A stretch of DNA of 64,000 bases from an uncultured Pelagibacteraceae bacterium (GTDB taxonomy: Bacteria > Pseudomonadota > Alphaproteobacteria > Pelagibacterales > AG-422-B15): positions 132,158 through 196,157 of the forward strand of contig CABYDZ010000001.1 of assembly GCA_902517885.1 (NCBI GenBank), in the 5' to 3' direction. Below are positions 57,938 through 64,000 of the stretch, piece by piece. The first letter of the stretch is position 1. The number at the start of each line of letters is the position of its first letter. The translations under genes and the position numbers were made by a program. The notes beneath the pieces were generated by a model, which saw only the letters and a program-made list of their open reading frames with translations, was not told where the DNA came from and searched no databases.

Positions 57938-59317
57938 ATGACCAAATGGACATCAAATAGTTGGAGAGGATACAAGGCAAAACATATTCCTGAATATCCA
58001 GATAAATCAGAGTTAGAGAAAACTGAAAGCCAACTTAAAACATATCCGCCACTAGTTTTTGCAGGTGAAGCAAGAGATTTAAAAAGACATCTTGCTAGAG
58101 TCTCAGAAGGAAAAGCGTTTCTATTGCAAGGTGGAGATTGCGCAGAAAGTTTCGACGACTTTAATGCTGATTACATAAGGGATACCTTCAAAGTTCTTTT
58201 ACAAATGTCTGTGACACTTACAGCAGCAGGCAATTGCCCCGTTGTTAAAGTTGGAAGAATGGCAGGACAATTTGCTAAACCAAGGAGTTCACCCAAAGAA
58301 GAAATTGATGGAGTTGAGTTAGATAGTTATAAAGGCGATATCATTAACGATATGGAGTTTACTGAGTCTTCAAGAGTGCCTGATCCTCAACGAATGATCA
58401 GAGCATACACTCAATCAGCAGCAACTCTCAATTTATTACGCGCTTTTGCAAAGGGTGGTTTTTCTGACCTTAATAAAGTTCACCAATGGAATATGGGTTT
58501 TGTTGATGAGAGTCCTCAAGGAAAAAAATTCAGAGATCTAGCTGACAAAATATCAGATACATTATCTTTTATGGATGCCATAGGTATCTCATCTGGCAAT
58601 ACAAAAAGATTAAGAAACGTTGATTTTTTTACAAGTCATGAAGCACTCCTTTTACCATATGAAGAATGTTTAACACGTACAGATAGTACAACTGGTGAAG
58701 TTTACGATACATCTGCTCATATGGTATGGATTGGTGATAGGACAAGACAACTTGATGGAGCGCACGTAGAATTTTGTAGAGGTATCAAAAACCCTATTGG
58801 AATTAAGTGCGGTCCAACTTTAGATCCTGATGAATTAAAGAAATTGATCGATGTATTAAACCCCGAAAATGAAGCTGGTAAAATTACCCTCATTTGTAGA
58901 TTTGGGGTTGATAATGTTGAAGAGAAATTGCCCAAACTAATTGGACCTTTTGCCAACTCAGATTACAACCTTGTTTGGTCATGCGACCCCATGCACGGTA
59001 ATACTATGAAAGCTAATTCTGGCTTTAAGACCAGACCTTTCGAGAGAGTTATTCAAGAAGTTGAGTCATTTTTTGATATTCATCACTCTTTAGGAACATA
59101 TCCTGGTGGAGTGCATTTGGAGATGACAGGGCAAAACGTGACTGAGTGCATTGGTGGTGCCCAAGCGATAAAAGACGAAGATTTATCTGCCAGATACCAT
59201 ACTCATTGTGACCCTAGACTTAACGCAAACCAGGCATTAGAACTTGCCTTCTTAATATCTGATAAGCTCAGAGAATCTCAAGAACCCCACAAGTCAAAAA
59301 TTATAATTGCCAAGTAA
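57938..59317 (+). CDS. 3-deoxy-7-phosphoheptulonate (DAHP) synthase, class II
   Basis: 459 aa with [53 protein letters not shown], and CDPMHGNT. These are hallmarks of plant-type class II DAHP synthases. Confidence 0.93.
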   Translation: MTKWTSNSWRGYKAKHIPEYPDKSELEKTESQLKTYPPLVFAGEARDLKRHLARVSEGKAFLLQGGDCAESFDDFNADYIRDTFKVLLQMSVTLTAAGNCPVVKVGRMAGQFAKPRSSPKEEIDGVELDSYKGDIINDMEFTESSRVPDPQRMIRAYTQSAATLNLLRAFAKGGFSDLNKVHQWNMGFVDESPQGKKFRDLADKISDTLSFMDAIGISSGNTKRLRNVDFFTSHEALLLPYEECLTRTDSTTGEVYDTSAHMVWIGDRTRQLDGAHVEFCRGIKNPIGIKCGPTLDPDELKKLIDVLNPENEAGKITLICRFGVDNVEEKLPKLIGPFANSDYNLVWSCDPMHGNTMKANSGFKTRPFERVIQEVESFFDIHHSLGTYPGGVHLEMTGQNVTECIGGAQAIKDEDLSARYHTHCDPRLNANQALELAFLISDKLRESQEPHKSKIIIAK

Positions 59318-59352
59318 TTGCGACTAAATTAATTAGTTGTAATATCAGTCAA

Positions 59353-60999
59353 ATGACAGAAAAAATTTCAGTATTAGTAGTCCAATCAAACCCAGTTGTT
59401 GGGAATATTGCATTCAACAAACAGATCGTTATTGACCACTTACAAAATAATAATTCTGATCTAATTTTATTTTCAGAGCTTATGTTAACTGGTTACCCGC
59501 CAGAGGATTTAATTTTGAAGCCTGCTTTTATGAAAAAAGTTCATGAAGCGGTTCATGAAATTGTCAATCTATCGAAAGGGAAGCACCCAACTATTGTACT
59601 AGGTACACCCTGGTTAGATGAAGGTAATTTATTTAATGCTGCAGTAGTTATTCATGATGGAAAGATCTTGCATAAACATTACAAGATGGCACTTCCAAAC
59701 TATGGAGTATTTGATGAAAAGAGAATATTTTCAAATGGTGAAAAAGTAAGTGTTATAGATTTTAAAGGTATTAATTTAGGGATATTTATTTGTGAAGATA
59801 TTTGGGTAAATCAAACCATCACTGAAATTGGTGAAAAACAGATCGATCTTGCTGTTTCTCTCAATGCGTCTCCTTTTGATATCAATAAAATCAACGAAAG
59901 AGAAAAGAAAGCTATCGAATTTTCAAAATCTATCGCTGCACCTCTCATCTATGTTAATCAAGTAGGAGGTCAGGATGAAATAGTCTTCGATGGAAGCTCA
60001 TTCCTGAATGATCAAGAAAAAGTTATCTACAAACTTAAGCACTGTCAGTCAGAGTCTAAGGAATTTTTATTTGATGAAGACCATAAATTTTTAATAGAAG
60101 ATACGTTCTCTGATCATACAGATATGAATGATGTCATTTACTCCAGTTTAATCTTGGGTCTAAGAGATTATGTTGAAAAGAATAATTTTCCAGGCGTTGT
60201 ATTGGGAATATCAGGAGGTATTGATAGTGCCTTTAGTGCAGCCGTTGCCACTGATGCACTTGGACCTTCAAGAGTAAAAGGTATCTTAATGCCCTCAAAA
60301 TATACAAGCATTGAGAGCAATAAAGATGCATCAGAATTAGGTAATAATTTGGGCATTGAACTCATGAACATATCTATCAATGAAATTGTCAATTCATACG
60401 ACAACACACTTAATGATCTATTTTCTGGAACAGAAAAAGACATCACTGAAGAAAATATTCAATCGCGAACAAGAGGAGCGATTTTGATGGCCTATTCAAA
60501 CAAATTTGGCCACATGGTTATCACCAATGGTAATAAATCTGAGGTATCTGTTGGCTATTCGACACTCTATGGAGATATGTGTGGAGGATTCTCAGTCGTT
60601 AAAGATATTTACAAAACTGATTTATTTAAATTGTCAGAATGGAGAAACAAAAATAAGCCCTCTTTATCGTTGCTCGATAAAAATGAGATTATACCAAATA
60701 ATATTATAACCAAGGAACCTACAGCTGAATTAAAAGAAGATCAGAAAGACAGTGACTCACTTCCACCCTATGATGTATTGGATAAAGTATTGTACCATCT
60801 TGTGGAAAAAGAAAGTTCAGTAAAAGAAATTGTAGATCAAGGATTTGATAAAGAATTAGTTAAAAGAATTCAAAATCTACTCTACAATTCAGAATATAAA
60901 AGAAGACAAGCAGCACCAGGCGTGAAGATTTCTGAGAGAAATTTTGGCTATGACAGAAGATATCCGATCACGAACGCATTTAGAGATATGGAAAATTAA
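59353..60999 (+). CDS. nadE: NAD+ synthase (glutamine-hydrolysing)
   Basis: 548 aa with an N-terminal nitrilase-like domain (FSEL.LTGYPPEDL, CED.W) and a C-terminal synthetase domain (GISGGIDS, the NKSE-type block, YKRRQAAPG). Confidence 0.93.
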   Translation: MTEKISVLVVQSNPVVGNIAFNKQIVIDHLQNNNSDLILFSELMLTGYPPEDLILKPAFMKKVHEAVHEIVNLSKGKHPTIVLGTPWLDEGNLFNAAVVIHDGKILHKHYKMALPNYGVFDEKRIFSNGEKVSVIDFKGINLGIFICEDIWVNQTITEIGEKQIDLAVSLNASPFDINKINEREKKAIEFSKSIAAPLIYVNQVGGQDEIVFDGSSFLNDQEKVIYKLKHCQSESKEFLFDEDHKFLIEDTFSDHTDMNDVIYSSLILGLRDYVEKNNFPGVVLGISGGIDSAFSAAVATDALGPSRVKGILMPSKYTSIESNKDASELGNNLGIELMNISINEIVNSYDNTLNDLFSGTEKDITEENIQSRTRGAILMAYSNKFGHMVITNGNKSEVSVGYSTLYGDMCGGFSVVKDIYKTDLFKLSEWRNKNKPSLSLLDKNEIIPNNIITKEPTAELKEDQKDSDSLPPYDVLDKVLYHLVEKESSVKEIVDQGFDKELVKRIQNLLYNSEYKRRQAAPGVKISERNFGYDRRYPITNAFRDMEN

Positions 61000-62328
61000 A
61001 TGACAACAGTAACAAGGTTTGCACCAAGTCCAACAGGTTTATTACATCTTGGAAACATCAGAACGGCATTAATTAATTGGCTGTATGCACGAACCAACAA
61101 CGGGAAATTCATTTTAAGAATTGATGATACTGATTTAGAACGATCAAAAGATGAATATATTTCTCAGATCAAATATGATCTTGATTGGCTAGGGATTGAT
61201 TATGATGAAACGTTCAATCAATCGTCTCGTTTCGACAGATACAGGGAGCAATTCGAGAAATTAAAAGCTGATGGCAGAATTTACCCTTGCTATGAAACAC
61301 CCGAAGAACTTGAAAGAAAAAGAAAATTGCTCATCGCAGCTGGTGGCAAGCAAGTTTACGACCGGTCTGCAATGGAATTAACAGACCAACAAAAGAAAGA
61401 CTACGAAGCAGAAGGAAGAAAACCCCACTGGAGATTCTTATTAAAAACTGAACGTATGAAATGGGATGATTTACTTAAAGGTGAAATAGATATAGACCTC
61501 ACCAGTTTGTCTGACCCTGTTTTGTTTAGAGAGGACGGAGTTCCTTTGTATACTTTTAGTTCAGCTGTAGATGATATTGACTACGATATAACCAACGTAA
61601 TTAGAGGAGACGACCATACAAGCAATACAGCTGTTCAAGTAGAAATTATCAATGCGTTGGACCAAAATAAAATAACTTTTGCCCATCACGCCTTACTAAA
61701 AGCATCAAGTGGAGATAAATTGTCAAAACGAGACAATGTCATATCCATTAGTAGTTTCAGGGAGGCGAATATGGAGCCTATATCAATACTAAGTTTATTG
61801 GCGACTATCGGCACGTCTAATTCTATCGAATTAAAAGACAATATAGATCAAATAAAAAGTGAATTTAAATTGAGTACAATTTCAACGTCACCTGGTCGAA
61901 TTGAAATTGATGTATTGAATGCTCTCAATAAAAAACAGGTTCAAAAATACAATTTTAGTGAGATCGAAGAGAGATTAAAAAAGATTGATGAAAAAATTGA
62001 TCAAAAGTTTTGGGAAACAATCAGAGGCAATCTGAATGTTGTTGAAGATATAAAACAATGGACGGACATTGTATTTAATAGTGAGGCCATTAAGCCTTCT
62101 GATAAAGATTATATTAAGATTGCAATGGAATTGATCCCTGATGATCCATGGAATGATGAAACATGGGGACTATGGACTTCGGCCATAAAAGAGAAAACTG
62201 GCAGAAAAGGAAAAGAGTTATTCTTACCTCTTAGAGAAGCCTTTACAGGACTTAATCATGGTCCAGAAATGAAACTACTTATTCAATTACTGGGCAGAGA
62301 AAAAATCATAGAAAGAGTTGAGTTATAA
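61000..62328 (+). CDS. gltX: glutamate--tRNA ligase
   Basis: 442 aa with RFAPSPTGLLHLGNIRTAL (HIGH variant) and KLSKR (KMSKS variant). Confidence 0.93.
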   Translation: MTTVTRFAPSPTGLLHLGNIRTALINWLYARTNNGKFILRIDDTDLERSKDEYISQIKYDLDWLGIDYDETFNQSSRFDRYREQFEKLKADGRIYPCYETPEELERKRKLLIAAGGKQVYDRSAMELTDQQKKDYEAEGRKPHWRFLLKTERMKWDDLLKGEIDIDLTSLSDPVLFREDGVPLYTFSSAVDDIDYDITNVIRGDDHTSNTAVQVEIINALDQNKITFAHHALLKASSGDKLSKRDNVISISSFREANMEPISILSLLATIGTSNSIELKDNIDQIKSEFKLSTISTSPGRIEIDVLNALNKKQVQKYNFSEIEERLKKIDEKIDQKFWETIRGNLNVVEDIKQWTDIVFNSEAIKPSDKDYIKIAMELIPDDPWNDETWGLWTSAIKEKTGRKGKELFLPLREAFTGLNHGPEMKLLIQLLGREKIIERVEL

Positions 62329-63693
62329 ATGTCACTGAATTTATACGACACATTCTCAAACTCAAAAAAAAAGTTTGAACCAATTGATCCAAAAAATATC
62401 AGAATGTATGTTTGTGGTCCCACAGTATACGACTATCCACACGTAGGAAATGCAAGACCTGTTATAGTTTTTGATATTTTATTTCGAATTCTTCAAAACT
62501 TATACGGTACAGAGCATGTAACATATGTGAGAAATATAACAGATGTTGATGATAAGATTATAAATGCTTCCCAAGAAAATAATGAAGACATCAATGAATT
62601 AACTTCAAGAACCATTAATTATTTTCACACTGATGCGAAATATATAGGAGCAATGGAGCCCTCTTTTGAGCCCAGAGCTACAGATCACATAGATGAAATG
62701 ATCAATATTATTGAGACTTTAATTGAAAAAAATTATGCCTATGTTGCTGAGAATAACGTTCTTTTCTCATCTACTAAATTTTCTAAATACGGATCATTAT
62801 CAGGTAAAAACCTTGAAGAAATGATTGCTGGATCAAGAGTCGATGTTGAAAGTTATAAGCAAGAAGCCTCAGATTTTATACTATGGAAGCCTTCTAAAGA
62901 TAACGAGCCTGGATGGGAAAGTCCATGGGGCAAGGGAAGGCCTGGATGGCATATAGAGTGTTCAGCAATGAGTGAAAAATTATTAGGTAAAACATTTGAT
63001 ATTCATGGTGGTGGGCAAGATTTAATTTTCCCACATCACGAAAATGAAATCGCTCAAAGTGAGTGTGCAAACGGAGAAAAATTTGCAAATTACTGGGTTC
63101 ATAATGGCTTTGTTACGGTTGAAGGAAGTAAGATGGCAAAATCTGATGGAAATTTTGTAACAGTGAATGAGCTTAAAGAGAAATACCAAGGAGAGGTTAT
63201 TAGATTAACCATGATACTCACTCATTATCGTCAGCCATTGAATTGGACAAATGATAATCTACAAGAAAGCAAAAAAACACTGGATAAGTGGTACCAATAT
63301 TTTTCTGAATTTGATTTTAAGCCTGACTTAAGTGTGAAGATTGGTGAAAATGTAATGAACGCACTAAATGATGACATGAATACGCCTCAGGCAATAGCTG
63401 AATTGCATAAATTATTCAAAAATTGTAAAAGTAATGATCGCGATTCATTAAATCAATTTTTAATTTCGGCTCAATTTCTTGGATTGATGAATGATGAACC
63501 TTCTCAATGGTTATCATGGGGTAAAGAAAATATAATTGTAGATCAAAATAAGATTGAGTCATTAATTACTCAAAGAAACACTGCAAGAGCAAATAAAGAT
63601 TTTGCTGAAGCTGATAGAATTAGAGATGAGTTGGAAAATTTAGGAATAGTACTAGAAGATAAAGGTACAGAAACCACATGGAAAACTAAGTAA
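62329..63693 (+). CDS. cysS: cysteine--tRNA ligase
   Basis: 454 aa with CGPTVYDYPHVGNARP, WHIECSAM, GGGQDLIFPHHENE, and KMAKS. Confidence 0.96.
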   Translation: MSLNLYDTFSNSKKKFEPIDPKNIRMYVCGPTVYDYPHVGNARPVIVFDILFRILQNLYGTEHVTYVRNITDVDDKIINASQENNEDINELTSRTINYFHTDAKYIGAMEPSFEPRATDHIDEMINIIETLIEKNYAYVAENNVLFSSTKFSKYGSLSGKNLEEMIAGSRVDVESYKQEASDFILWKPSKDNEPGWESPWGKGRPGWHIECSAMSEKLLGKTFDIHGGGQDLIFPHHENEIAQSECANGEKFANYWVHNGFVTVEGSKMAKSDGNFVTVNELKEKYQGEVIRLTMILTHYRQPLNWTNDNLQESKKTLDKWYQYFSEFDFKPDLSVKIGENVMNALNDDMNTPQAIAELHKLFKNCKSNDRDSLNQFLISAQFLGLMNDEPSQWLSWGKENIIVDQNKIESLITQRNTARANKDFAEADRIRDELENLGIVLEDKGTETTWKTK

Positions 63694-64000
63694 ATGAAAG
63701 ATAAGTTATTTATATTTGATACGACATTGAGAGACGGAGCACAAACTTACGGTGTTGATTTTAACGTAGATGAGAAAAAAATTCTTGCATCAAAACTTGA
63801 TGCCTTAGGCGTTGATTATATTGAGGGTGGATGGCCTGGTGCAAACGAAACTGATACACAATTTTTCGCTGAAAAAATGGAATTTAAAAATTCTACGTTT
63901 ACGGCTTTTGGCATGACCAAAAAGACAGGGAGGAGTGCTGAAAATGATCCTGGTTTAGCTGCCATGATTAACGTAAGCGCCCCGTCAGCTTGTGTAGTGG
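63694..64000 (+). CDS. cimA: citramalate synthase / 2-isopropylmalate synthase family protein, N-terminal part (3' end outside the window)
   Basis: The ATG directly follows the cysS TAA. The translation is [58 protein letters not shown]. The GGWPGAN block favours the CimA-type branch. Confidence 0.7.
   Translation, partial: MKDKLFIFDTTLRDGAQTYGVDFNVDEKKILASKLDALGVDYIEGGWPGANETDTQFFAEKMEFKNSTFTAFGMTKKTGRSAENDPGLAAMINVSAPSACVV

Overview
This is a visibly AT-rich, very tightly packed bacterial chromosome segment. Most genes abut or overlap, and TAAATG and ATGA junctions are common. The content and synteny are alphaproteobacterial: murA-DUF2948-hisD-infA-maf, HAD-ribF-ileS-lspA, msbA-DUF374-waaA-lpxK-lpxL, rsmE-gshA, and a tRNA-His without G-1. 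The compaction resembles streamlined marine lineages such as SAR11/Pelagibacterales, but I cannot confirm the taxon without a database search.

About 65 protein genes are supported. They cover histidine biosynthesis, groESL, five aminoacyl-tRNA ligases, lipid A and Kdo assembly, glmUS, nadE, a class II DAHP synthase and many beta-oxidation-type enzymes. There are also two tRNAs (Phe, His), one clear cobalamin riboswitch and one clear bidirectional terminator.

I found no rRNA, CRISPR array, transposase or integrase, prophage, toxin-antitoxin or recognisable defence genes, so this is mainly core genome.

The items most worth follow-up are:
1. A His-rich 11-codon mini-ORF in the unusually long leader of hisS-hisZ-hisG, a candidate histidine attenuator.
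2. A B12-riboswitch-controlled TonB receptor followed by a small 171-aa membrane protein, with no BtuFCD in the window. This may be a minimal corrinoid uptake module.
3. Two adjacent acyl-CoA dehydrogenase (ACAD) pairs, each with one canonical and one degenerate subunit. This is the pattern of alpha2beta2 ACADs.
4. An ACAD10/11-type ACAD facing an APH-like kinase and a class V PLP enzyme.
5. An unannotated 55-codon ORF in a conspicuous gap, which opens exactly at an A AAA AAA heptamer at the end of that ACAD.
6. An RpoZ with a roughly 150-aa acidic, repeat-containing tail.

All functional calls rest on motif recognition by eye. No searches were run.
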